Shown: piece by piece, positions 38,055-47,669 of the stretch | Position numbering within the stretch: the first letter of the stretch is position 1 | Layout of the letters: every line of letters starts with the position of its first letter | Assembly: GCA_050950165.1 (NCBI GenBank) | Contig: JBMNHC010000001.1 | Coordinates: 124,673 to 188,672, forward strand | DNA length: 64,000 nt | Reading direction: 5' to 3' | From: Candidatus Dojkabacteria bacterium | GTDB lineage: Bacteria > Patescibacteriota > Dojkabacteria > SC72 | Notes under the pieces: generated by a model | The model's input: only the letters and a program-made list of their open reading frames with translations | Told to the model about the DNA's origin: nothing | The model's database searches: none | Made by a program: the position numbers and the translations under genes

Positions 38055-39383
38055 TTATTTCTTTATAAATAATTCTTTAATCTTGAAATAATTCCAAGGT
38101 ACTATCCCTCTAATTATATATAATACTTGCTCTCTTGTATCCTTAAATAGTAATGGGAGAATAAACATATAAAATATCTGGGAAATAATCATAGCTATAG
38201 GAGCTCCTATCGCTCCATACTTTGGAATTAATACATAAAAAAGTATTAAACTAATTGTAGAAGAAAGAATCGAGAAAAAGATTAGATATTTCTGAATATT
38301 CTCCAATATATATATTCTTTGATTTAAAGTTTTTAATGAAACGAAAATACCAATAAATACGTAAACATTAAAGATAGGAATAGATTGAAGATAGCTGGAA
38401 TCAAATATCAATCGCATAAAAGGATCGATAAACAATAAAGTCGCAAGAATTATTAGAAGCGGAACAATAAATAATATACTATAGAAAGTTGGTAAGAGTT
38501 TTTTATAATGTACTCGATCTTGATTATAAACTTTTGTAATCTTGGGGAAAAGTGCAATACAGATTGTTACAGGCAAGAAATACCATATCTCTCCTAGTTT
38601 TGCGGCTACAGAGTAAATTCCAACTTCCGAAAAACTTAATACCTCCTTTATGACAACAACTGCATATCTTGTATAAAAAGTATCAGCTATAAGAGTAATA
38701 AGAATAGGCAATAACGCAAGAAACAACATTTTAGCAACTTTAATATCCACCTCCCAATCCTTAAGATTTCCATACTTTTTTATGTATAGAATCAAAGAGC
38801 CAATCATTATCAATACAAATTCTAAACTATATATAAACAAGAATACTTTTAAACCAGCTCCTAGATAAATAGCAAGTAATTTAAAAACAATTAAAACAAT
38901 ATATACAATCATTCTAATGATAGAAATCTCTCGAGATTGCAACTCCGCTTGAAAGTATTCGTCAATTACTTGCAATGAGGAAAAGATATAGGACCAAGAC
39001 ATAAGAAGAGATAGCATTACAAAGACCAAATTGCCGTCCACCAAATACAGAAAAAGTGCATTCCCAAGTATTGCAATTATTGCCCCAACTAATCTCATAA
39101 CAGCTGCTGTTCCAAGTATTTTCCCCTTCTTAGCATTCTTTTCCAACAACTTTGCCACAACAATATTACTCAATCCAAGAGAGGCTAGAGGTAAGAAAAT
39201 ATTATATACTCCTAAAACATAATTAAATTGACCAAAGACCTCCGTTCCTAAATAAGATGCAACCCTAGCATAAACAAATAGACCAGAAATTAATAATAAT
39301 ATTTTCTCTGCAAGACCCCAGAAGACATTCTTAAATATCTTTTTGCGATCTTCTGTTTGTAGGATAAGATTTCTTAATTGCAC
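38055..39383 (-). CDS. Polysaccharide flippase (Wzx-like, MOP superfamily).
   Basis: About 12-14 TM helices with a Polysacc_synt-like organisation. Confidence 0.65.
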   Translation of the reverse strand: MQLRNLILQTEDRKKIFKNVFWGLAEKILLLISGLFVYARVASYLGTEVFGQFNYVLGVYNIFLPLASLGLSNIVVAKLLEKNAKKGKILGTAAVMRLVGAIIAILGNALFLYLVDGNLVFVMLSLLMSWSYIFSSLQVIDEYFQAELQSREISIIRMIVYIVLIVFKLLAIYLGAGLKVFLFIYSLEFVLIMIGSLILYIKKYGNLKDWEVDIKVAKMLFLALLPILITLIADTFYTRYAVVVIKEVLSFSEVGIYSVAAKLGEIWYFLPVTICIALFPKITKVYNQDRVHYKKLLPTFYSILFIVPLLIILATLLFIDPFMRLIFDSSYLQSIPIFNVYVFIGIFVSLKTLNQRIYILENIQKYLIFFSILSSTISLILFYVLIPKYGAIGAPIAMIISQIFYMFILPLLFKDTREQVLYIIRGIVPWNYFKIKELFIKK

Positions 39384-40135
39384 TAGTAATAAAAAACACT
39401 TAAAAATAATTTGAAGTAAGTAAATAATTTATAAACACAAAAGAATAGTATTCCATATCTATCTTTTATTACAACACTTGTATCCCCATAAGATCTTCTC
39501 AAATCTGAACTTACTCCATCACCATCATAATCACATATAACTAAATCTATCTTTTTTACTTTATAATTACCTTCAAAAACCTTACACAATAAATCAAAAT
39601 CTGCTGCAATTCTATACTTCTCATTTAACCCTCCAACCTTATCAAATATCCTTTTCTTAATAAAAACAGCCTGTTGACTCACCTTATTACCCAATTTAAG
39701 ATTAAACTTTGTTAAAGTTCTATCTCTTATATAACTCTTCTCTCCATTTTTACTAACAACCCTGATCTTTCCATAAACAAGATCATCATCCTCTATAGAT
39801 TCTGTAACATTCTTAAGAACATATTTATTATAAAAAACATCTCCAGCATTTAGAAAATATAAATACTCTCCTCTTGCAACCTTAGCACCCTTATTCATTG
39901 CATTATATATACCTTCATCTCTCTCTGATACCCAATAGCTAATTTTATTATCATATCTTTTTAAAATCTCCTTCGTACCATCTGTAGAATCCCCATCTAT
40001 AACGATATATTCATAATCTTTAAAAGATTGAGTAGAAACACTCTTAATAGTTTTTTCTAAATCATCCTTAGCATTATACGAAACAGTTATTATTGAAAAT
40101 TTTGGACTACTCTTCATAAAAATAGTTCTTATCAA
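39383..40135 (-). CDS. Glycosyltransferase family 2.
   Basis: FSIITVSYNAKDDLEKTIKSVSTQSFKDYEYIVIDGDSTDGT. Confidence 0.8.
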   Translation of the reverse strand: MIRTIFMKSSPKFSIITVSYNAKDDLEKTIKSVSTQSFKDYEYIVIDGDSTDGTKEILKRYDNKISYWVSERDEGIYNAMNKGAKVARGEYLYFLNAGDVFYNKYVLKNVTESIEDDDLVYGKIRVVSKNGEKSYIRDRTLTKFNLKLGNKVSQQAVFIKKRIFDKVGGLNEKYRIAADFDLLCKVFEGNYKVKKIDLVICDYDGDGVSSDLRRSYGDTSVVIKDRYGILFFCVYKLFTYFKLFLSVFYY

Positions 40136-41204
40136 AATATTCTTGACTCCAAATCTCTCTTATCTCCTCCTGAGACTCTAATATTCCTTTCTCTAAATCT
40201 CTTCCTTCTATCTTGCCTCCATCTATTTCCTTTAATATAGTGATTAACTCTTTTTCAGTAGAATATAACAAACTATTATACCCATTTTTTAATATCTCTG
40301 TATTAGCTGATATATCTGTTGCAATAGAAGGTTTACCTAACATAATATGATGAATCATTTTTAAACTAGGTTGGTCACCACTTATTCTAGGAATCAAACA
40401 ATACATGGCCTTACTAAGGATATAGTTAGACCTTTCTATATCTAATACTCCAGTAAAATGAATCTTCTCCTTCATCTCCAATCTCTCAACTAAAGAGCTA
40501 ATCTCCTGCGTAAACTCTCCTATTAAAACTAAATCATAACTAGGATTAACCTTAGAATATACCTTAATAAATTCCTCTACTCCTTGATACTTTTTAAAAT
40601 TACCACTATATGCTAAATATCTATTCTTTGTAGGAATAGATGTCTCTTTTAATTCTAAATTTGATTCATCGTATAGAAGGAATGTTTTCTTCTTATTAAT
40701 ATTTTCATATATTTTCCAGTTTGCAATTATTAAATCAAAACGAGAATAAACAAATTTTGCTATTAATCTAAATATATTGATTAATAACTTCGGTTTATTA
40801 GTAATTCTTAAATTATCTACAATTGTGTTATGTAAATCATATACATACCTAGGTTTTCTAAAAAAGAGAGAGAGTATAGAACCTACAAAAGCAGCTTCAA
40901 AATCTTCACAATGAATAATATGGTATTTATTTTTTCTAACTAAAGAAAAAGCTTTAAGTAATATCTGTAAATCTAATTTTAATTTCTTAAAGCTAATCTC
41001 ACTAACTCCAAGTTTAATATCTTCTCTACCATTAACTCTAATAACATTAACATTGATATATTTCGGATCTTTTCCAACAGGGTATACTAACAGATCAACT
41101 ATATTATTCTTTGAAAGTTTCTTTAATACAGAATCTACTCTCAAGGAGGAACCCTTCGGAATCAAATATGGAGTTGTGACTATATCAAGGATTCTATTTT
41201 CCAT
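40107..41204 (-). CDS. Glycosyltransferase (GT-B, GT4-like).
   Basis: The C-terminal motif is GDQPSLKMIHHIMLGKPSIATDISANTEIL, and the N-terminal half is Rossmann-like. Confidence 0.55.
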   Translation of the reverse strand: MENRILDIVTTPYLIPKGSSLRVDSVLKKLSKNNIVDLLVYPVGKDPKYINVNVIRVNGREDIKLGVSEISFKKLKLDLQILLKAFSLVRKNKYHIIHCEDFEAAFVGSILSLFFRKPRYVYDLHNTIVDNLRITNKPKLLINIFRLIAKFVYSRFDLIIANWKIYENINKKKTFLLYDESNLELKETSIPTKNRYLAYSGNFKKYQGVEEFIKVYSKVNPSYDLVLIGEFTQEISSLVERLEMKEKIHFTGVLDIERSNYILSKAMYCLIPRISGDQPSLKMIHHIMLGKPSIATDISANTEILKNGYNSLLYSTEKELITILKEIDGGKIEGRDLEKGILESQEEIREIWSQEYFDKNYFYEE

Positions 41205-41212
41205 GAATGCTT

Positions 41213-42170
41213 TTATAAACTATAATACCCTTTATACCACTCCACAAATTTACCTATACCCTCGTCTAATGTAATCTTAGGGTCATAACCTAACATCTCT
41301 TTTGCTTTACTAGTATCTGAATATGTTATCAATACATCACCCTTTTGCATAGGTAGTAATTTTTTCTTAGCCTTAATACCCATATGCTTCTCTAATATAG
41401 ATATCATCTCTCCTAAATCATCAGGACTACCCTTACCTAAATTAAAGATTTCATTCTCATATTCACAATCAATAGCTCTAACTACACCATCTACAATATC
41501 ATCTACATATGTAAAATCTCTCTTCAAATCCTTACCGTAGTTAAATACAGGAATCTCCTCTCCTTTTACTCATCTGATTAGCAAACTTAAATATTGCCAT
41601 ATCAGGTCTGCCCCACGGTCCATATACTGTAAAGAATCTTAACCCTATCGTCTTTAATCCAAACAGATGATGATATGTATACGCTATTAACTCATTAGAC
41701 CTCTTACTAGCTGCATACAGTGATATTGGACTATTTACATCCTGTATCTCAGTAAATGGTATATCTGCTGTATTACCATATACACTACTTGATGATGCAT
41801 ATATAAAGTGTTTAATACCTTTATCTTTGGTTAAGTTAATCATATTAACAAAACCAACCATATTACTATCTGCATATACATATGGATTCTCTATTGAATA
41901 TCTAACACCTGCTTGTGCTGCTAAATGACATACTCTATCTATATCATTCTCATCAAATACTTCCTTTAAATCATTAAGTTTAGATATATCTACTCTATAC
42001 AGTTTAAAGTTAGAATATTTCTCTAACTCTTTATTCCTATCTTCTTTTAAACTTACCTCATAGTAATCATTAAAATTATCTACACCTATTACAGTATCAC
42101 CCCTTTCTAGTAATACCTTTGCTAGACTATGTCCTATAAATCCTGCTGTACCTGTTACTAATATTTTCAT
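41213..42170 (-). pseudogene. NAD-dependent nucleotide-sugar epimerase (UDP-glucuronate 4-epimerase-like). It is split into two ORFs (41541..42170 and 41213..41527) by a +1 frameshift in an A4 run on the coding strand, seen on the plus strand as TTTT at 41564-41567.
   Basis: The N-terminal part carries KILVTGTAGFIGHSLAKVLLERGDTVIGVDNFNDYY and YAASKRSNE (YxxxK). Deleting one A restores ...AIFKFANQMSKGEEIPVFNYGKDLKRDFTYVDDIVDG..., which matches the conserved epimerase core. Confidence 0.8.
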
Positions 42171-42262
42171 TGATAAAAATCAATATATTAACCTTTTAAA
42201 TATACTATAATTCCTTACTCTTTTGTATTAGAATATAAAAGATTAGATTATATAGAAATCAA

Positions 42263-42949
42263 ATGAATACCTTAAATATCAAAAAATTCTTAAAAGATTT
42301 AAAAGAGAACCCTTATGAGTACAAAAAAGTACTACAATTTGTCAAAGACAATACTCCTCAAAATGGAAAAATTCTTGATGTTGGATGTGGATACGGTCGA
42401 TATTTAAAACCTCTAAGTAAAGAATTTAAAAACATAGTCGGTGTTGAGGCAAATAAACTAATAAGAGATACTCTCATACAAAAGGGACTAAAAGTGGTCT
42501 CTCCAGAGAAGTTAGATAGAAAAGAGAGATTTGACACTATTATTATGTCACATATTATAGAACATTTTCATCCTGAAGAACTTATAGAAATGATGGATCG
42601 TTATTTAGATCTCTTAAAGGTAGGAGGATGCATAATTATAGCAACACCAACTCTTACAGAGACTTTCTATATGGATCTTGACCATAAAAGACCATATTAT
42701 CCTCAATCAATAGAAGAAGTTTTTGATGGAAATAACCAACAAATAAAATCTTATTCAAAGAATAGATTGAGAACAGAAAAAATACACTTCAGAAAATCTA
42801 GATTTCAATTGTTCAAAAACTCGCTTTTATTTAACAACACAAAGAATTTGGGAATTGCTATTAATATCCTCCTTGCATTAATATTTAGAATTTCTTTCGG
42901 ATTAATAGGCTATAAAAGTGGATGGATAGGGATATTCAGAAAATTTTAG
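42263..42949 (+). CDS. Class I SAM-dependent methyltransferase.
   Basis: Motif I is KILDVGCGYGRYL, and IIMSHIIEHFHPEEL is also present. Confidence 0.7.
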   Translation: MNTLNIKKFLKDLKENPYEYKKVLQFVKDNTPQNGKILDVGCGYGRYLKPLSKEFKNIVGVEANKLIRDTLIQKGLKVVSPEKLDRKERFDTIIMSHIIEHFHPEELIEMMDRYLDLLKVGGCIIIATPTLTETFYMDLDHKRPYYPQSIEEVFDGNNQQIKSYSKNRLRTEKIHFRKSRFQLFKNSLLFNNTKNLGIAINILLALIFRISFGLIGYKSGWIGIFRKF

Positions 42950-42958
42950 TTCTTTAAT

Positions 42959-44020
42959 CTAAAAAAAGTTAGCATGCCCATCCCTTTCCAATTTCTCAAG
43001 ATCACTCTCTACCATAATATCTACTAATTCTTCTAAAGAAGTTTTAGCTTTCCAACCAAGCTCTCTCTCCGCTTTAGAAGGATTTCCCAAAAGTAAATCA
43101 ACATCTGTAGGTCTAAAATATCTAGGATTAATTCTTACTAATACCTTACCAGTCTTTTTATCCTTACCTATTTCATCTACACCCTTACCCTCCCATACAA
43201 TTTCAAAACCTAATTTCTTACATGTTAACTCTACAAACTCCCTTACGGTATGTGTCTTTCCCGTTGCTATTACATAATCATCTGGTTTCTCTTGTTGAAG
43301 CATTAACCACATTGCCTCTACATAGTCTTTAGCATAACCCCAGTCTCTCTTGGAATCCATATTACCTAACTCTAATACATCCTGCATACCTAACTTAATC
43401 TTACAGAGAGCAGTTACTATCTTTCTTGTTACAAAGTTATGTCCTCTTCTCTCTGATTCATGACTAAACATTATTCCGTTACAAGCAAAGAATCCCTGCA
43501 CATCTCTATAGTGCTTAATCATTAAATGTGCAAACAATTTAGCTATAGCATAAGGACTGTGAGGTCTAAATTCTGTCAATTCAGTTTGTGGAGTCTCTAC
43601 AACTTTACCATACAAATCTGCGGTTGAAGCCTGAAACATTTTGCATTCTTTTTCAATCCCACTTTTTTTGACTGCCTCTAAAATTCTCAAAACCCCCAAA
43701 CCGTTGACATCAGAAGTTAGAATAGGTTGTTCAAAAGAGAGACTAACCTGACTCTGTGCCGCAAGATTATATATCTCATTAGGGGAAATCTCTTTTATAA
43801 TACTTATTAACCCTTCTTCATCTAGTAAATTGCCATAATGTAAAAACAGTCTCTTATTTATAATATTACTATCATTACAAAGATGATCTATAGAAAGTAG
43901 TTTCTTATCTTCTTCAAATATCAAACCATGTATCTCGTAATCTTTTTCTAAAAGAAGTTCTGTAAGAAAACTACCATCTTGACCATTTATTCCTGTAACA
44001 AAAGCTCTATTATTTGACAT
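42959..44020 (-). CDS. GDP-mannose 4,6-dehydratase-like SDR. It is a mosaic copy: the N-terminal half is divergent, and the C-terminal ~160 aa are identical to the downstream gmd.
   Basis: Motifs: [25 protein letters not shown] and SPYAIAKLFAH (YxxxK), then [23 protein letters not shown]... identical to the neighbouring gene. It lacks the canonical RRSS motif. Confidence 0.75.
   Translation of the reverse strand: MSNNRAFVTGINGQDGSFLTELLLEKDYEIHGLIFEEDKKLLSIDHLCNDSNIINKRLFLHYGNLLDEEGLISIIKEISPNEIYNLAAQSQVSLSFEQPILTSDVNGLGVLRILEAVKKSGIEKECKMFQASTADLYGKVVETPQTELTEFRPHSPYAIAKLFAHLMIKHYRDVQGFFACNGIMFSHESERRGHNFVTRKIVTALCKIKLGMQDVLELGNMDSKRDWGYAKDYVEAMWLMLQQEKPDDYVIATGKTHTVREFVELTCKKLGFEIVWEGKGVDEIGKDKKTGKVLVRINPRYFRPTDVDLLLGNPSKAERELGWKAKTSLEELVDIMVESDLEKLERDGHANFF
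42987..43463. repeat. About 477-bp near-identical (1 mismatch) direct repeat shared with 44109..44585, covering the 3' halves of the two tandem gmd genes.
   Basis: Compared directly by eye. The offset is 1122 bp. Identity starts at tccaatttctcaag and ends at ctctgattcatga. Confidence 0.85.
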
Positions 44021-44083
44021 AGTTATGTAGTATATGATTTATCTATTTTTAACATCAGAGAACTATTTTACACCTAAAAGACT

Positions 44084-45145
44084 TTAAAAATAAATCTCTT
44101 CATCCTTCTCCAATTTCTCAAGATCACTCTCTACCATAATATCTACTAATTCTTCTAAAGAAGTTTTAGCTTTCCAACCAAGCTCTCTCTCCGCTTTAGA
44201 AGGATTTCCCAAAAGTAAATCAACATCTGTAGGTCTAAAATATCTAGGATTAATTCTTACTAATACCTTACCAGTCTTCTTATCCTTACCTATTTCATCT
44301 ACACCCTTACCCTCCCATACAATTTCAAAACCTAATTTCTTACATGTTAACTCTACAAACTCTCTTACGGTATGTGTCTTTCCCGTTGCTATTACATAAT
44401 CATCTGGTTTCTCTTGTTGAAGCATTAACCACATTGCCTCTACATAGTCTTTAGCATAACCCCAGTCTCTCTTGGAATCCATATTACCTAACTCTAATAC
44501 ATCCTGCATACCTAACTTAATCTTACAGAGAGCAGTTACTATCTTTCTTGTTACAAAGTTATGTCCTCTTCTCTCTGATTCATGATTAAACAATATACCA
44601 TTACAAGCAAATATATCGTATGCTTCTCTATAGTTTTTTATTATCCAAAAACCATATAACTTAGCTACTCCATATGGACTACGAGGATAGAAAGGAGTTG
44701 TTTCCGATTGAGGAGTTTCTACAACTTTACCATACAACTCTGATGTAGAAGCTTGATAAAACTTTACCTTCTTCTCCATACCCAATGTACGTATAGCCTC
44801 TAGAAGCCTTAATGTCCCTAAAGCATCAATATTAGCAGTAAACTCTGGTAACTCAAAAGATATCTGTACATGACTCTGTGCTGCAAGATTATATATCTCA
44901 TCTGGTTTAATCTGATTTATTATCCTTGTTAAACTCGCTCCATCAGTAACATCACCATAGTGTAAAAACATTCTTTTATCTAATATCTCAGGATTATCAT
45001 AGAGATGATGAATTCTCCATGTATTTACAGTACTTGCCCTTCTAATTAACCCATGTACTTCATAGCCTTTCTCTAAGAGTAACTCTGTTAAAAAGGACCC
45101 ATCTTGACCAGTAATACCAGTTATTAATGCTTTTTTCATAAACAT
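44084..45145 (-). CDS. gmd: GDP-mannose 4,6-dehydratase.
   Basis: Canonical GMD motifs: [47 protein letters not shown] and [12 protein letters not shown]. Confidence 0.9.
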   Translation of the reverse strand: MFMKKALITGITGQDGSFLTELLLEKGYEVHGLIRRASTVNTWRIHHLYDNPEILDKRMFLHYGDVTDGASLTRIINQIKPDEIYNLAAQSHVQISFELPEFTANIDALGTLRLLEAIRTLGMEKKVKFYQASTSELYGKVVETPQSETTPFYPRSPYGVAKLYGFWIIKNYREAYDIFACNGILFNHESERRGHNFVTRKIVTALCKIKLGMQDVLELGNMDSKRDWGYAKDYVEAMWLMLQQEKPDDYVIATGKTHTVREFVELTCKKLGFEIVWEGKGVDEIGKDKKTGKVLVRINPRYFRPTDVDLLLGNPSKAERELGWKAKTSLEELVDIMVESDLEKLEKDEEIYF

Positions 45146-45209
45146 TTAGATTAAATTTATATCTTCTTTAGTACAAAGTAATTTAGAACCTGTACCTCAT
45201 ATCGCATAG

Positions 45210-46595
45210 CTATGCCCCTAAGTTATCAAACTTAAATATATTACTCATATATTCTACATCTAAATAGTTTCTAGCATCTAATAACCTTTTCTCTTTCATA
45301 AGAGTAGAAAGATATTCAAAATCTAACTCTTTAAACTGAGGCCAATCTGTAGCCACTACCACTATCTCACTACCTTTAAATACCTCATCTACATCCTCTG
45401 AATACACTAAACCCTTCTCCTCTGGAAATTCTAGCTTTGCTTCTTCTATAGCCTCAGGATCATAACCAACTACACTATATCCCTTCTTTACTAAAGCCTT
45501 ACACAATCTACCTGCAGGAGACATTCTCATATCACTAGTACCTGGCTTAAATGACAATCCCAGTACACCTACCTTGCTTTTTGGAGAAGTCCCCATATCT
45601 TCTATCTTCTGTAAAACAAAATCTACCTGTTCCATATTAACCTGCAAAATAGCCTTAAACAGAGTAGCATCTACATCATGCTCCTCTAAAGATTTAATCA
45701 AACCATTCACATCCTTTGGAAAACAACCACCTCCAAAACCAATACCTGCATACAAAAAAGACCTATTTATCCTTCTATCCATACCAACACCATCCATAAC
45801 CTCTGTAACATTTGCATCTACCTTATCACAAATTCTAGCTATATTATTCGCATATGATATTTTCATAGCCAGCATAGTATTGGAACACACCTTTATTAAC
45901 TCTGCACTCTCTAGTTTAGTACTCATGCACTTCTTGTTAAACTCTACATCTTTTCGGTTGTTATTATGCACATTATTACTAGCATACATACTAATCTCTG
46001 GATTTTTACTAATAATATCGTCTGCTAAAAACTCTATCTTTTCAAATATCTTAAAAACCTTCCTCTTAGCCTCTCTATCATCACCACCAATTACAATACG
46101 ATCTTGGATAATAGAGTCAAGAACCGCTGCACCCTCTCTTAGAAACTCAGGAGATGAAAGATATGCAAATTTAAGTTTAGGATTTACCCTTTTTATCCTT
46201 CTCATAGCTTCTCTACCTGTACCTACAGGAACTGTACTTCTCTGTACAAAAATAGTTCCATCTTTAATATATTTAACTGCACCCTCTACAGCTTCAAATA
46301 TATATCTCAAATCAAAACCACCACTAGGACCACTAGGAGTACCTACACAGAGAAATACAACATCCACATCACTTAACCCTTCTTTATAATCTAAAGTCGG
46401 AATTAAATTACCACTCTGAATACCATACTTAACTAAAGTATCCAACCCTAACTCATAGAAATATGATTTACCCTTCTTGATAGTATCTATCTTCTTCTTA
46501 TCTACATCTATACAGTATGTTTTATACCCTACCCTTGCTAGTAAAGCTGAAAGTGTTAATCCCACATATCCTGTCCCTATTATCGCTATCTTCAT
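45210..46595 (-). CDS. ugd: UDP-glucose 6-dehydrogenase family nucleotide-sugar dehydrogenase, with a ~50-aa insertion.
   Basis: The N-terminal motif is MKIAIIGTGYVGL. The catalytic motif is GFGGGCFPKD. The C-terminal UDPG_MGDP_dh_C-like motif is GLSFKPGTSDMRMSPA. Confidence 0.8.
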   Translation of the reverse strand: MKIAIIGTGYVGLTLSALLARVGYKTYCIDVDKKKIDTIKKGKSYFYELGLDTLVKYGIQSGNLIPTLDYKEGLSDVDVVFLCVGTPSGPSGGFDLRYIFEAVEGAVKYIKDGTIFVQRSTVPVGTGREAMRRIKRVNPKLKFAYLSSPEFLREGAAVLDSIIQDRIVIGGDDREAKRKVFKIFEKIEFLADDIISKNPEISMYASNNVHNNNRKDVEFNKKCMSTKLESAELIKVCSNTMLAMKISYANNIARICDKVDANVTEVMDGVGMDRRINRSFLYAGIGFGGGCFPKDVNGLIKSLEEHDVDATLFKAILQVNMEQVDFVLQKIEDMGTSPKSKVGVLGLSFKPGTSDMRMSPAGRLCKALVKKGYSVVGYDPEAIEEAKLEFPEEKGLVYSEDVDEVFKGSEIVVVATDWPQFKELDFEYLSTLMKEKRLLDARNYLDVEYMSNIFKFDNLGA

Positions 46596-46661
46596 ATTCC
46601 ACGATATTTCTAACTTAAATTCTTAGAGTAAGTATATACATTAAGAATATATGTTTCAATT

Positions 46662-47669
46662 TTGAGAAAATTACTTAAATGTGGTAAAAATATTGTAATT
46701 AATTTTCTTTTAAAAACAATGTTTAACAAACCAAAACTCTCTATCGTTATACCCGTATACAATGAAGAAGAGAACATCCCATTAGTTAATGAGAAGATAA
46801 AGGAAGGATTGAAAGGTAAAATAGACTATGAGGTAATCTGGGTAGATGATGGTAGTACAGATAAAACTAGTAAGAAACTTAAACAAGCATCTCTTAAGGA
46901 TACTAATGTTCACGCTATTAGATTAATGAGTAGAGTTGGTCAAAGCGGTGCATTAATGGCTGGAATAGATAAGGCTGATGGACAATATATAGCTACAATA
47001 GATGGAGACAACCAAAATGACCCTGCAGATTTTTTAAAGATGATAAAGAAACTAGAAGAGGATGATTTAGATGCAGTTGTAGGTTGGAGAAAAAACAGAT
47101 GGAGTGGAAATATATTGAGGAGATTACCTTCATTAGTTGCGAATAAGATGATGAAAATTGCCTTTGGAGACTTAGGTATTCATGATACTGGATGTATGGT
47201 AAAAGTTGTTAAATCTTCCATAATGAAAGACATTAGACTCTATGGAGAACTACACAGATTTATGTCCTATCTTCTAGGGATGTATGGAGCAAGAATAGGT
47301 GAAGTAGAAGTCTATCATCAGAAGAGAGAGCATGGTAAAAGCAAATATGGATTTGGTCGAACATTAACAGTTATATTTGATATCCTCAATGTAAAATTTT
47401 TAACAATGAGAAGAAAAACCCCTATTCAATTTATGGGACCACTAGCTCTCTTTACATATTTTTTAAGTCTAGTAAGTTTTACTGTAGCTATAGTTGAGAA
47501 AGTAGTAAATCAAGCAGACCTCACAGAGAATCCACTACTACTAATAACAGTATTTGGAGTAATTATGGGAACACAATTTTTCTCATTTGGATTGTTAGGA
47601 GAGTTAATTCTAAGGTCATACTACGAGAACGGAAACAGAAAAACTTACGCTATTAGAGAAGAATATTAA
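46662..47669 (+). CDS. Polyprenyl-phosphate glycosyltransferase (GT2, DPM1/GtrB-like) with a C-terminal TM anchor. An alternative start lies at 46719 (MFNKPKLSIV...).
   Basis: Motifs: LSIVIPVYNEEENI, YEVIWVDDGSTDKT and DGDNQNDP. The C-terminus has two TM helices. Confidence 0.8.
   Translation: MRKLLKCGKNIVINFLLKTMFNKPKLSIVIPVYNEEENIPLVNEKIKEGLKGKIDYEVIWVDDGSTDKTSKKLKQASLKDTNVHAIRLMSRVGQSGALMAGIDKADGQYIATIDGDNQNDPADFLKMIKKLEEDDLDAVVGWRKNRWSGNILRRLPSLVANKMMKIAFGDLGIHDTGCMVKVVKSSIMKDIRLYGELHRFMSYLLGMYGARIGEVEVYHQKREHGKSKYGFGRTLTVIFDILNVKFLTMRRKTPIQFMGPLALFTYFLSLVSFTVAIVEKVVNQADLTENPLLLITVFGVIMGTQFFSFGLLGELILRSYYENGNRKTYAIREEY

Noticed and set aside
45574-46389. 271-aa ORF on the plus strand.
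   Set aside because: It is antisense to the well-supported ugd gene and consists of low-complexity Ser/Leu-rich sequence.
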